Shown here: positions 49,646-63,842 of the stretch, piece after piece | Numbering within the stretch: position 1 is the first letter of the stretch | Layout of the letters: every line of letters begins with the position of its first letter | NCBI GenBank assembly: GCA_024679065.1 | Contig: JAGIQG010000015.1 | Location: forward strand, 64,914,001 to 64,978,000 | From: Sphyrna mokarran | Lineage: Eukaryota | Length of the DNA: 64,000 bases | Direction of reading: 5' to 3' | Made by a program: the position numbers and the translations under genes | The notes under the pieces: generated by a model | Database searches by the model: none | Seen by the model: the letters and a program-made list of their open reading frames with translations, nothing else | What the model was told of the DNA's origin: nothing

Positions 49646-52169
49646 GATCTTAAGCATAACATCCCTACTTTTGTAATCAATTCATCAATTCCCCCCCCCC
49701 GCCCCCATATAAAAAAACATTCCATTCGCTTTCTGATTGAGGCTGTTAGATTACTCGGTACTAAGAGAATCCAGGGATACTGGGGGAGGATGAGAACATG
49801 GAGTTCATATAAAAGTTCAGACATTGTTTTATCTTACCAGTGACCTCCTTCTGCACCAAAGCAATTTTATGATGGTTCAATGGAGAAACAGAGTCAAGGG
49901 GTCGTTCGGTTTTTGCTATTGTTTTATACGATCTGAAAACTTCAAACCTTTTGATTAGATCCCACCCTATAGGTTACTGCAAGAAAATCCTATAATTCTA
50001 TACAAAAAGCTTCTAAACTCCTGATACCCAGCCCATATTCATATTCTAATTCGACTGCTCTGCATATGAATCATCTAAAACCCTATCAACCTGCAATACC
50101 CTGGATTAGATAATGCATTATTTGATATAAACTACAGACCAAAACTAATGTCAAGTAGTCAGAGGATTCATATGTAAACTTAAAAAAACTCTAAATTTTC
50201 CCCTTTGACAGCCCCCAGTTAATCAGAAATTAGCCTAGACCAGCTACCGAAAATCCAACGTTACTAAAGCAGACTCGGTATAATGGAGCCACTGGCTTGC
50301 CTACTGACTCCCCAAAGACTTTTTCACCAAATATTCAAGATACAAGTCATGAGTGTGATGGGATACTCTTCCTTTATCCAGATAGGTGCAGATCCAAAAA
50401 CACTCAAGAAGCTCAATACCATCCAGGATAAAGCAAAGATGGTATTGATCAATATCCCAACCACTGGCTACATCCACTCTTCCAGCACCAGCATTCTGAG
50501 GTATAATGTGTGCTATCTGCATTGCCATAAGTTGCCAATGCATCTTTGGCAGCACTTTCCAAACCCACAACCTCCACCATCTAGGAAGGCCAGGACAGCA
50601 GGCACATGGGAACAATAACAGGTTTCCTGACAAGTCACACACCACCCCAAATTGAACATACAATCATTGTTCCTTTATGGTCATGGGGTCAAAATTCTGG
50701 AGCTCCCTGCCAACAGCACTATAGATGTACCTTCATCATATAGACTGCAGTAGTTCAAGAAGAAGGCCCACTACCATCTCCTTGTGGATACCTACAGTGT
50801 TGGATAATAAATGCAGGTCTTATGAACAATGTCCAGATTTTAAGTCTGAATATTTTTGAACAGTTCCTGTTGGTCACAATTCAGTAACACTTGGTAATGT
50901 CTCACAGTAATGCTCAATACAATTTGGTAGGTATTACCACAAATCTGGCTGTTTGCTTCTTCCATCATTGGTGGCATTGTGATATTCATCTCTCAATTGT
51001 GTCTCTGTCCATTTTTTTTACCCGAGCAGATGATTGTAGGTGTTGGAAGTCAGCCTTTCCAGCACCAGAACTTCAGGAGTTGTCTACGGCAATGACCTAG
51101 GCTCAGTCATGTTTGCTGCCACATCAGTTATCTTGCCTCCATGTTTGTTGCACATTATTATTGTATGCTGTATGGTTTCATTTACAATTCCTCATAATGA
51201 GGCAATCCATGCCTTCATGTGGCAAACATTTGCACCATGCAAGTGGCGAGGAATGACGATCTCCAACACAAGAGAGTCTAACCACCTTCCGTTGACATTC
51301 AATAGCAGTCACAAAATAAAGTACCCTATTATCAGCATCCTGGTGCAGTCACCATTATCCAGGAATGTAATTGGACTAGCCATATAAATAGAATGGCTAC
51401 AAGCACAGTTCAGAGTGTATTCCGTGAAGAGTAACTCACCTTCTCACTCCTCAAAGCGTGTCCACCATTTACAAAGCACAAGTCAGGAGTGTGAAGAAAC
51501 ACTTGCCTAAATAAATGTATTGCAACAAAATTCAAGAACTTAACACCATCCTTGTCAAAGCAGATCAAGAGATCATCCACCACCTCAAAACATTTACCTC
51601 CTGTACCAGCAGTGCATTGAGTCTGCAGTGTGTACTATATACAAGATACAATGCAGAGCTCACCATCAACAGCAACCTCCAAAATACATGACTTCTGCTT
51701 TCGAGTAAAGCAGAAACAGCTAGAATGGGAATACCACAATCTCTAAATTCCCCTCCAAGTCATACAAAAGCCTGCTTGGAAATATGCCAACGTTCCTTTG
51801 GAAAAAACTTATCATTTTCTCATTGATTCCATGACTTTTAATTTTATGACCGGTCGACCATATGGGGACTTAGTCAAAAGTATTGCTAAAATCTATGTAA
51901 GCTACATCAAATGTGAAACTTTTCTTGTTACCTCCTCAAAAATTTATTGTGGTAGATGCAAACTTCTCTTAATTCCATGCTAACTTTCTTTGATTAATAT
52001 GTGCATTTGTAAATGATAATTAATTTAATAGTATTCTTTGATTTATTTTCAATATATTTATTTCAATATATTGAAATAACTGGCTCCTAATTAATTAGGC
52101 TATACCTCTCCTCATGTTCTAAACAGTGTTACAATGTTGATACCTGTTCTTAAACCCTTTGTACCTCTT

Positions 52170-53240
52170 ACATAGAAACATAGAAAATAGAAGCAGGAGT
52201 AGGCCATACGACCCTTTGAGTCTGCTCTGCCATTCATTATGATCATGGCTGATGATCAAACTTAATATTCTGATCCTGCTTTCCACCCATATCACTTGAT
52301 CCGTCTAGCCCCAAGAGCCATATCTAATTTCTTCTTGAAATCACACAACATTTTGCCATCAGTTACTTCTGTGGTAGTGAATTCCACAGATTCACCACTC
52401 TTTGGGTGAAGAAATTTCTCCTCACTTCAGTCTTTAAAGGTTTACCTCTCATCCTCAAACTGTGACCCTTAGTTCTGGATTCTTTGAGAATCTACCCCGT
52501 CTAATCCTGTTAGAATTTTATAAGTCCCTATGAGATCCCCTGTCAATTCCAATGAATACAATGCTAACCTACTTAGTTTCTCCTCATGTGACAGACCTGC
52601 CATCCCAGGAATCAGCCAGGTAAACTTTCGCTGTACTTCCTCTATAGCAAGGACATCTTCCTCTGATAAGCTCACCAAAACTGCACAAAGTGCTCCAGGT
52701 GTGGCCTCACTAATGCCCTGTATAATTCCAGTAAAATATCCCTATTCCAATACTCAAATTCTCTTGCTACGAAGGCCAACATACCATTTGCCTTCTTTAC
52801 TGCCTACCGTAACTGTGTGTTTACATTCAGTGACTGATGCACAAGGATACCAAGGTTTTGCTGAGTGTCCACCTCTCTCAATTTACATCAATCAAATAAT
52901 AATTTGCCTTTCTATTTTTGCTGCTGAGGTAGATAACCTTACATTTAGCCACATTATACTGTGTCTGCCATACATAAGCCCATACAATCAGCCTGCGACT
53001 GCCTCACATATCATTCTCCCGCCCAACTTTGTATCATCTGCAAATTTAGAGATAAAACACTTAGTTCCTTCTTCTAAATCATGAATATATGATGTGAACT
53101 GTTGGGCTTCAAACACAGATCCACTAGTCACTGTCTGCCAAATGGAAAAATACCCATCTATACCAACTCTTTGCTTGCTATCTGCTAACCAGTGTTTAAT
53201 CCATCTCAAAATTCTATCCACAATCCCATGCACTTTAACT
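52170..53240 (-). mobile_element. CR1 LINE 3' fragment (RT C-terminus)
   Basis: ORF 52988..53233 WIKHWLADSKQRVGIDG..ISKFADDTKLGG; ORF 52469..52678 IEEVQRKFTWLIPGM; (CATAGAAA)n tail. Confidence 0.88.
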
Positions 53241-53324
53241 TTACTTGAACGCTTTACTATGCTCTGGCACTGATTAATCTATAAGTTTTGTCACTTGTCT
53301 GACACCTATATCAGATTCCTATTT

Positions 53325-55330
53325 ATTGACTACAGTTAGGCTTTCAACACCATTATTCCTATGAAACTCACTTCAAAACTCCATGGCTGAGGGCTTGGCT
53401 CCTCTCTCTGCGACTGGTTCCTGAACTTCCTAACCCACAGACCGCAATCAGTAAGGATAGGCAACAACACCTCCTGCGTGATTATCCTCAACACTGGTGC
53501 CCCACAAGGCTGTGTCCTCAACCTCCCCTTACTTTAATCCTGATACACCTATGTGTATAATTGTCCTCCAATTCAATTTTCAAGTTTGCTGATGACCAGC
53601 TGGTTGGATCTCAAACAATGACAAGACTGAGTATAGGAATGAGATAGAGAATCTGTGAATTGGTGCGACAATAATAATCTCTTCCTCGATGTCAACATAA
53701 TGAAGGAGATTGGCGTCAACTTCAGGAAGCATAGTGGAGAATATCAATGGGAGCAAAGTAGAAATGGTTGAGAACTTCATGTTTTTAGGATCACCAACAA
53801 TCTGGTCGCCCAATGCCTCTACTTTCTCAGAAGACTAGAAGTAGGCAGTATGGTGACACAGTGATTAGCACTGTTGCATCACAGTGCGAGGGACCCAGGT
53901 TCGATTCCCTGCTTGGGTCACTATCTGTGTGGAGTTTGCACGTTTTCCCCATATCTGTGTGGGTTTCCTCTGGTGCTCCATTTCCCTCCCACAGTCTGAA
54001 AGACATCCTAGTTAGTTGCATTGACCGAAACACGTGCTGGAGTGTGAATACTAGGGAATATCATGGTAACTTCATTGCAGCATTAACATAGGCCTTACTT
54101 GTGACTAATAAATAAACCTTTAATTTTAAAACTAAGGAAATCTGGCATGCTAGCTATGAGTCTTCTAATAATCCCACAGAGATGAAAATCCCATCACCGA
54201 GTTACTTTATTTACACCATACATCTGTGCACACCTCCGATTGTTCCCTGCTGAATGGAGGCTGGGAGTTTGACATACCTGCGTTAAATAGGCAGCATGAG
54301 GTTCCCTGATTTTACTGTCAATCAGGACCCATCACATAATCTAGCAAGCCAACCTCAGCCTGGCTGAAGTCATCACAACTCTCACCAACTTTTACAGATG
54401 CACCATTGAAAGAATTTTTTCTGGTTGTATCACAGCTTGGTATAGTTCTTGCTCTGCCCAAGACCTCAAAAAACTATGAAAGGTCCTGAATGAAGCCCAG
54501 TCCATCATGCAAACCAGCCTCCCATCCATTAACACTATCTACACTTCCCACTGCCTGGGAAAAGCAGCCGGCGTAATCAACAATCCCATGCACTAAGGAC
54601 ATTCTCTCTTTCACTTTCTTCTGTCAGGAAAAAGATACAAAAGTTTGAAGTCACGTACCAATTGTGATCTGGCAGATGGCTGATCGTCGAATACAAAATC
54701 CTGATCCCCCTCCTTCCCCCCATCCCTTGACCTCCTTAGTCCCAAGAGCAATAGGAAGTAAATTACGATGAATAGAAACAATAGGGCATGAATACTATTG
54801 GATTTCAACTCCCTAATATTAACAGGGATGAATTCAGTGTAAACAGTGCAGAGGACATAAAATTCTTAAAGTACATTCAGGAGAAACATTTTAACCAGCA
54901 TGTAGCAAGCCTAACAACAGAATGGCAGTTCTGGACTTTAGGGAGTGAATTCTGGCAGGGGCCAGCAGTATTAGACGGCCAACATGTTAATCTGATACTA
55001 TTTGATTCTGTGGAGATATTCACTCAGAACACAATGTCACATTGGCAAGGTTGAAAGGTAAATATATCTTACTTTTTAATAGTGTTTTTAAAATTATTTT
55101 CTGATGAGTTTATAACACTTAATTATCTTCTTCCTTGCTGCCATCAGACTTTTGAATGGCCCTACCTCGCACTAAATTGATCTTTCTCTACACCCTAGCC
55201 ATGAATGTAACACTACATTCTGCACTCTCTCCTTTCCTTCTCTATGAACGGTATGCCTTGTCTGTACAGCATGCAACAATACTTTTCACTGTATACTAAT
55301 ACATGTGACAATATTAAATCAAATCAAATC
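53325..55330 (+). mobile_element. Rex1/Babar-like LINE fragment interrupted by several inserts
   Basis: GACTACAG..GCTTTCAACACCATTATTCC (DYS.AFNTII), CTCAACACTGGTGCCCCACAAGGCTGTGTCCTC ([11 protein letters not shown]), AAGTTTGCTGATGAC (KFADD); (AAATC)n tail at ~55317-55330. Confidence 0.7.
53844..54122 (+). mobile_element. Shark SINE nested in the Rex1-like LINE
   Basis: Same family as 14213-14520. Confidence 0.8.
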
Positions 55331-57559
55331 TCAGCTGACTAAAATTGACTGAGAAAATTCCCCAATTTAAACCTTTTATCTTTAACCTGTCTTTATCTTT
55401 AAACCTAGGGGAATTTCACAGTTAACTTCATTGCAGTCTTACTTGTGACTAATAAATTTACTGTCTTTGCTCTTTTCCACACTGAATCTAACTGAATTGT
55501 GAACACCACCATTAACACGCTGTCCGTCTGATACCCCTCCCCCTGCCGAAATCCACTCCCTAAAGTCCAGAACTGCCATTCTGTTTTGGGCTTGCTACAT
55601 GCTGATTAAAATGTTTTCCTTGAATGCACTTTAAGAATTTTATGTCCTCTGCATTGTTTACACTGAATTCATTCCCGTTAATATTAGGGTAGCTGAATCC
55701 AATTGTATTCAAGCCCTATTGTTTCTATTCTTCTCAGTGATTTACTTATGTATTTGCTTTCCTATTGCTTTTGGGGCTAAGGGGATCAAGGGATTGGAGG
55801 GGGAAGGAGGGAATCAGGATATTGAATTTTATGATCAACCATGATCAAGGTGGAGCAGGCTTAAAGGACTAAATGGCCTACTCCTGTTTCTAATTTCTAT
55901 GTTTCTATAGCTTTTCTATTTCCCCCTGACTGCCTGGCAACCTGTAGTGTACTGTCAGCAGTGTGAATGTCCCTCTTTTATTCCTCAGTTGAATTCATGT
56001 AGCCTCATTTAGCATTATTTGGAAATTCTACCAACCTATATTCAATGGTCCAGCCTCCACTGTTCTTCGGGGTCTAGAATTCCAAAGATTAACTAATCTC
56101 AGTCAAGAAATCCCTCCTCATCTCCATCCCTTACTTTGAAACAGTGACTCCCTAATTCTTGGTTCTCCTGTGACAGGAAACATCCTCTTAGCATCTATCC
56201 TTTCAATTCCCGCAGAATTAATAGGTCTCATTCTTCTAAATTCCAAAGTGTATAGGCTTTACATTTCTTTATAATACAACATCTTCATTCTAGGAAATCT
56301 CTAGAACCTCTTCATTCGAGGAAATGCCTCAAAGCAAGTATATCCCTCCTTAAATAAGATCAAAATTACGTACTGCTGTAGATGCAAACTCACCAATATT
56401 CTGTATAGTTGCATGTTTATGTTCCATTCTCTTTGCAATAAAGGCCTAGTGATGTGGGTGAAATGGTTTTTGGTGATGTGTCCCAGGCTCTAAACCCAGT
56501 GATCATCGGCTGCAGACATCTTGTAAGTCAGAGCAGGAATCTGGGCAGTACGTTCATAGCTCTGTTGAAGCAGTGATTGCACTACATCGGAGTGAGAACG
56601 GAAAGTAAACAATGTGTAGTTCTCCAAGAGTATGCACATGGATGTTTGTAAAAGTATTGCATACTTTATTTAGTCGCATAAAATTTATTAATTTTTACCA
56701 TTTTCCCCCGTGTTGCCCATTCTCACCTGGCAAGTGGCAACTCGTGTTCTCAGTAGTTGATGAATGTGAAGACATGCAATGGGTGGATGGATGGTGACAG
56801 AACTGCATTGTGTCAGTGAGGGGGCTTGAGTTTGATCATCCAAATACTTACTTTAGTCCAGTCTGACTGACCAACAAATCTTTGAGCTATTAGAGCATCC
56901 CTTGCATCCTGAGAAGCAATGTGATCAGCTGGTGTATCATTGGGTTTCATTGTTATCCTCCACTCCTCTGGGATCCACATCACATTAAGAGTGCTGAGTA
57001 AGTTGTTCCTCCTACGTATCTAGTCTTCATTGCTGTGCACTTAGTTGTGCAGAGTGCAACATCCTACAAATACCCTAGAGCCCTTGCTGGCAAGTATTGA
57101 AGGATTCTCTAGAGCTATCTAGACACCTGAAGCACATATTGATCATGATCATGGCTTGCCTGATGATATATCTAGTTGTCAAATGGCTCATATCGTAGCA
57201 GTCCTTGTGTCATTAGGAGTTGATCATCTAACAGTAACAAGATTACCAGGTGTCCAGGAAAGAGGTGTAAATTGCCATATCAGAATCATTGTTTACCAGA
57301 AATCAGTGGGGCTACTCTGTCTTATAGATAGATTTTTGAACAGTAAAAGAAATGAGGATTATGATGCATGGTGGATAAGTGGAGCTGAGTCCACAAAATT
57401 ATCAGTCTTGGTCTTGTTGAATAGCGGAGCAGACTTGAGAGGCCATATGGCTACTCCTGCTCCTAGTTCTTATGTTTTGTACAAATGATAAATTCTAAAG
57501 GCAGGGAGTTTGAGAGAAAGACAGCCAAATCCCTGGGGGGGCATATCATAATGGCAGCT

Positions 57560-58300
57560 AGTAATATAAGTTCTAGTATCCTCTTTGAGGAAGGAGGCTA
57601 GTCTTCCATCCAACAGCTAAATAAGCCAAAATCTTCAGAGAGGCCCATGTTAATTAGTGGAGTTCCTCAAAGTTGCTGTCAGCTAGGTTTGAAATGGATA
57701 TGCATTATTGCCTTTCAGCCACCCCTTAACACAGGTTCCACCCCTTAACACAGGTTCCAATGAGTCAGGATGTTGGGCTCTTGTAGTGTGAAAGTTTCCT
57801 GACAGCTCCCAGGGAATCTGGCACAGACTTGCATAAATTTTTCCTTGTGGTTGCAGGCCAGCTGAATATTGATGGAATGAAATCCCTTGTAGTCTAAAAA
57901 TATGGTTGGTTGATTTGGAGATGCTTGCATGGTCACATGTGTGTAGTCAATGATATTCTGTTCTGGCAAGCTAAACAAATATGCCAATCTGAGTGTCTAC
58001 TCATTTTGGCATCAGAGGACGAGTTTATGTATTACTCAACCCCAGAAAACAACCCATCTGTCCCTAATTTATGTTGTTATATGTAGCTGTTTGACTGCTC
58101 CTTGCTGTGTCTCTAGTCATGCTCTAGAAGGCACCAAATAAAAAGTAATTGAAGATGGTGGTGCTTTAGTAACACATGGCAACCAGGACTGCTTCTAGGA
58201 CTTTGAAGATGTCTGTGACCACCTGACATGTAATCTCAGCGTTCAGATACATTGCCCTTTCAATGAGTCAAGAAAGCTGACCATCAGGGGCAGTGCATCT
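57560..58300 (-). pseudogene. Harbinger/PIF DDE transposase fossil (HARBI1-like)
   Basis: ORF 57745..57987 FLDYKGFHSINIQLAC...VCARFPGSCQETFTL matches the Harbinger motif NRKG.HSINVQ..CD....V.A..PGS.HD. Confidence 0.75.
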
Positions 58301-59277
58301 GAATGCTGAGAGACAGATCTGATACCTCTAATGCTTCCCTCTCTGTTGCTGATCTGTAGCTCCTCCAGAACGCAGTCTTGTTGCTATGGGCTTTTTTTCT
58401 GCATCTGAGGTCCAATCAAAAGTAATCATTACTCTGCCCACCCTAACATTGTCTGTGTGAAAACAATAACAACTGACATTTATACAGTGCCTTTAATGTA
58501 ACAAAATGTTACAAGGTGTTTCAGAGCAGCATTATGAAACAAAATATGACACTGGGCCCCAGAAGCAGGTGCTAAGTCAGATAATCAAAAATTTGATCAA
58601 TGGGGTAGACTTTAAATAATGGCTTAAGGCAGGCAAACAAGGTAGAAAATGGAGAGGTTTAAGGAAGGGTTTCTATAGTTTAGAACCAAAGCAACATAGG
58701 ACTTGGTCACCAATGGTGATGTAATTATAATTGGCAATGGATAAGAGGCCAGAAATAGAGGAGTGCAGGTGTCTCAGAGGGTTGTAGGACTGGAGGGTAT
58801 TTTTATCCTCTCACGGGATGCGGCATCGTGCTAGGCCATCATTTATTGCCCATTTCTAATTGTCCTTGAGATGGCGGTGAGCTGCCTTCTTTAAACACTG
58901 CTGTTCATGTGGGATTGGTACACCCAGAGTGCTATTAGGAAGAGAGTTTCAGGTTTTTGAGACAATGACTATGAAGGAATTGCAGAGATGGGAAGACGTT
59001 AAAGGGATTTGAAAACAAGGAAGAGAATCTTAAAATCAATACGTCGTTTGAATGTGGAACCACTTCTGTTCCCAAATATTTTATACACTGCCCCTTTCTA
59101 GAAAGTGCACAGTAAGAGCCAATTTCAGGAAAATGCATTCATTTTCAGTCACTCTTTTTTCCTCTTGTTCAGTTTATTTAGTTATTACTGAGGACAATCA
59201 TTTGATTGACTGAAAGCTCCATATCCTATTATTCATCAAGTTCTTGCGGACAAGAGTTCAGTCTTTCCCCTTAACAG

Positions 59278-61595
59278 TGGTGATTGTCTCTTTAAGGATT
59301 CATTAACAGAGTAAGGGTCACATGAACCACAGAATCAATCGAGAACAGGGTGGGGATTATCCCATGAGTTTGACTTCCTGTTTGAGAACCTTCTTGGCCT
59401 CTTTTAAGGTCAAATCAAATAAACAAACTCAAGTTAAATCAGGACAAAATAAAAGGGATAGCACCCCAAAATGAAGGGGAACAGCCTGAACAAAATCAAA
59501 GTACAAAGGAAACTTGAAAACATCAAACTGAAATGTAATTATTAGGATCAATAATGCACCCCAGCCCCTGCGGTGCCCAACAGGCGTGGAAGGCATCAAC
59601 TGCACATGTGGACACCACATGCTCCCTCTCCAGGATACCTGACTGCGAACATAGCCGCGATAGAGGGGCAGTCAGTCAGGATGGATGGCCCCCTCCATCG
59701 CCCACTGCCTGGAGCTGTAAATGGTGTGTTTCGCCAGGCCCAGGAGCAGGTTCACAAGGAGCTTGCCATCCCAACCCGCTCCTCTCCGCACCAGGTGTCT
59801 GTAGATCAGGACCATGGGACTGAAGTGCAAACAAAACATTTGTAAAAGGTTTATCAGGAAAATGAAAAGGGAGTGCAATCTAAGACACGAAACGTAGTCA
59901 TGATCCATGGACTCAACAGAAAGGGCAAGCTTTGAAGCCCGTGAACCAGTGAATCCTACAGTTGTGCAGAACTGCTGCATGCATCACCCTCCACCCCAGG
60001 TGCCCGATGTAATTCCATAAAGGGACCTCCACTGCCCAATGGCAGTACTAAGCTGTATCTGAGCGACAGGCGAGGACGTAACAATGGAAGGTATGCAGCA
60101 GCAGCCTGTACAGGAAACACCTCCGAACGGTGGAAAAAGGCATGGAAGACATTCCCTCATGCTATGGGGCATCGGACCCGAGGAGGGAGGCTGAGGCTTT
60201 AGGCCAATGTGGAATTCCATCCGAGCTGGGGAATATTCGGGCGAGATCCCACTGCACGGCTGCACAGAACCTTCTTGGAAGCTAGTTAGCAGTCATGAAG
60301 CTGCAATCCTCTGTATTATAGTAATATGTAAATAAATGTTAAAGCTGTTGTTTACAAGAATTATTGCATTGATGATGGGAATAAAAGGAAAAAGGTCCCA
60401 AGATAGTGAGTATAAAGTTATGTTAATGTTTGGTTCAAGCTGAGAAACAGAAGTGTTTGCAAATATGCCCCTACTTGGACACATGGACTCTTTTCATGCC
60501 TCTGTGAGAATTAGATACAAAATGTTGAATGTTGGGCTATTTTTATGCCAACAGAACAGAGGAGGAGGGGAAGAGATAGATAATCCTCCTGAGTACTTGT
60601 GGGACCTGGACCCACAACTTAATACGCAGTCTCACATCTCCAAGCACATTTGACTCCAAGTCATTCGCTGAGATAGTGAATTGATAAAAACTTGTTACCT
60701 CCCAAAGCTATCAGTATTTTGCAGTGATTTAAGTTTAACTCAGTTAGGAGAGGAAACTTATTATATTTTATATTACCAAGTTTAGACAGATCTCAGTGCA
60801 GTGCAACTTTAGAGCCACACTCAATGATATTCTGTTGGACTGTTTAGTTTGTGGGGTAAACAATGAGGTTATCCAAACAAAGTTATTGGTAGAGGCAGAG
60901 ATAGATTTTAAGAAGATGCTGAAGAGCATTGAGAAGGGTGCACAGGAGCTTCGGAGTGAACAGAACAGTGCAGTTCACCAGTTAGGACGAGAAGCTACAA
61001 TCAGCAGTGGTGCCAAAAATGAAGATGTAGTTTTAGTATGGGAAGCAAATGCATCCACAAACAGAACTCGAAGATTTAAATAAGCTCACTACTCAGGATT
61101 GAACTAGAGTGTTACTTGTGCAGGGTAATCACTCCGCTGAAGCCTATAGATATAAGGAGTCTAAATTTTTTTTTCTGCCACAGGAAAGGTCACTTAGGCA
61201 CCAATGTAAATGTAAATCAAGTTTACTCAGTAACAGAGTTAGCAAATGAGATGATGTTCTTGGAATAGGTCTCATAACCAGAAGTGTATAATATGGAAGA
61301 GTCCAGTACTAAGGATTTAAATGTTCACTCATTGTTCAGCATGAGAGTGGTAAGACAGTCCCCGTAACTCAGATGCTTTTAGTAACTCTACCTTTAAGGG
61401 TCAAATCTTAAAGGTAGAAGTTCATATAAGAGCCTGTGCCCCAGTGATAGGAGAAGACACATTTCGATATTTAAAAGGAGGAATACAATCACTGAGTTTG
61501 AGGGATACTGTAGCTAAACTAACTTAGACAGGAGAAGCTATCCAGATAAAGGGTACAGCCTCAGTAAGCTATCGGCAGCAGTCTGCACAGCTCCC
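59278..61595 (+). mobile_element. Decayed Gypsy LTR retrotransposon (LTR, gag and protease remnants)
   Basis: gag-like start MPLLGHMDSF at 60465. ORF 60796..61083 CNF..TLNDILLDCLVCGVNNEVIQTKLL. Zn-knuckle remnant TGCCACAGGAAAGGTCAC ~61176. Protease-like remnant ~61410-61435. Confidence 0.7.
59398..60265 (-). mobile_element. Tx1-clade non-LTR retrotransposon 3' fragment with a 13-bp TSD
   Basis: ORF 59672..59980 ESMDHDYVSCLRL..LLVNLLLGLAKHTIYSSR resembles the Tx1 ORF2 C-terminus. TSD AGAACCTTCTTGG at 59385-59397 and 60266-60278. Confidence 0.75.
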
Positions 61596-62537
61596 AAAAC
61601 ACCCATCAGAATACAAAACATACGTGTTGTCTATGTACAAAAAGTATAGTTATTGCAACCTCAGAGCAATAAAATAAGACAGGTCAAGTTCATTTTATTT
61701 TAGAATGTTAACATGCTCATTGAATTGAAGATAGTGCAACGTCCTTTTAAATACAAACATTTTCAAATGAAAAAATACATTTTTCTGTACTTGGTGTCCA
61801 AAGAAAATGGATTTCGTCACAGAATTGCAGAACTGAGACTGAACACATCTTCAAATATTCGTTACTTAGACCAGGAATGCAATCCAAAGACTGGGACAAA
61901 AATTAACTTATGAAAATCTGACAAAAGGTGTTTGGTTAACAAGCTAGCACACACAACGAATGGTATATTGCCAACACTAATACACTTCTATTTGATTCTT
62001 TATTGGAAGTTATATTTGATTGTACATTTCGAGCAATATTTTTAATATTTTGCATGCTTTCCAAAATCTCAATCTGACTCTTTTACAAACAGCTCCAATG
62101 TTTCAGGAATATGCAATGAACCATTAGGAATTAGAATACGTCACCTGATAAAGTGGTGGATACAGATTCAATAGATTTAACTTTTAGAGGGGATAAATAT
62201 ATATGGGGAATATTTTGCAAGGATGAGGGTAAACAGAAGGGGAATGGAATGAACTGGATTGCTTCTCAGAAACGCTGACACAGATTCAATGTGCTGAACA
62301 GCCTTCTTCATTGTCATATTATTCAATGATTCCATTATATAAATGCAGCTGCTTCGTAATAACACCTTCAGAACCCATGGAAGTTTAGCATAGGCAAACT
62401 GGAGAGGACTGGAGTACTGATAGTAGACTTTGTGAGGAAGGATCAGTGACTGCAGTTTTGGTGGGCATAGGCATTTGGAGAATGGTAAAAGTACGTTGAG
62501 TAGGAGATAGTCGGGTTGACTTAGGTCTCATAACCTA

Positions 62538-62840
62538 GGGTGGCAGGGTGGCACAGTAGTTAGCGCCAGGTACCTGGGTTCAATTCTAGCTTCGGGTCAC
62601 TATATGGAGTTTACACAATCTCCTCGTGTCTGCTTGAGTTTTCTCCAGGTGCTCTGATTTCCTTCCACATTCTGAAAATGTGTGGGTTAGGTTGATTCAC
62701 TATGCAAAATTGCCACTTCGTGTCAAGCAGACTAGCAGGATAAATATGTGGAGTTACAGCGATAGGGTGAGATTGCTGTTGGTGTAGGCTTGATGGACTG
62801 AATGGCCTCATTCTGCATTACAGGGATTCTATAATTCTGT
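62538..62840 (+). mobile_element. HE1/V-SINE-like SINE
   Basis: GGTGGCACAGTAGTTAGC..GGGTTCAATTC..GGAGTTTACAC..GGTTAGGTTGATT. Confidence 0.75.
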
Positions 62841-63529
62841 GATAACCAGAGATGAACCTGATCTCCCATGCAAGAGCTGAACAATTCAAAACTAGAGCTC
62901 CTGAGCCATCACCCTGCCATTATAGGAATAAAATAATGATAAAGCAATATGTTAAACTATGTATTCAGGCAATTACATGCTGCAAACTCTCCTCAACATA
63001 TAACGTACCTTGTTTAAAATGAACATTTCAAATTGCAGATCCGTAAAAGAATCACAGATTTTCGGCAACGCTGAATTTATTAGTTCTGAATTAACTCAAC
63101 AAATATGTTTTGTTTCCCTGTCAACATTTACAAAGCATTTGAATTGTAAAATGCCAAAGCTTTTCAAGAAACTTGAGCCGTGGGAATAAAACTAGAATCA
63201 CAGAATATTGCACAGAAGAGGCAATTCATCCTGTTGTATCTATGCTGGGATTCTATGAGAGCAATTCACCTAGTGCCACTCCCTATAGCTTTACAAATCA
63301 TAGAATGGTTACAGCACAGAAAGCCATTCGGTCCATGTTCGTTCATCTGGTGCCACTCCCACCTTTCTCCCATAATCCTGCAATTTGTTTCTCTTCAGAT
63401 AATGATCCAAATCCATTTTAAAAATGACAATTGAATATCCTTCCCTTGTATTCAGTAATATTTAATACCCAGTCCTGGCCTTCTTTTGAACCAGATTTTG
63501 TTATTATTTTTATTCATTTACAGGATATT

Positions 63530-63842
63530 CATTTAGCAGGACGAGAGGGCACAGCCTCAAGATTGGGGGGGGCAGCGTTCAGATCAGAGTTGCGGAGAGT
63601 TTCTTCACGCAAAGGGTGGTGAATCTTTGGAATTCTCTACCCGATGAGGTGGTGGAGGCTTCCTCGCTGAATATGTTCAAGTCAAGAGTGGATAGGCTTT
63701 TGATTGACAAGGGAATTAATGGTTACGGGGAGAAAGCGGGAAAGTGGTACTGAACCACTACAGATCAGCCATGATCTTATTGAATGGCGGGGCAGGCTCG
63801 AGGGGCTGGATAGCCTACACCTATTTGTTATGTTCTTACATG
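63530..63842 (+). mobile_element. CR1 LINE 3' end
   Basis: TTCTTCACGCAAAGGGTGGTGAATCTTTGGAATTCTCTACC..GATCAGCCATGATCTTATTGAATGGCGG. Confidence 0.85.
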
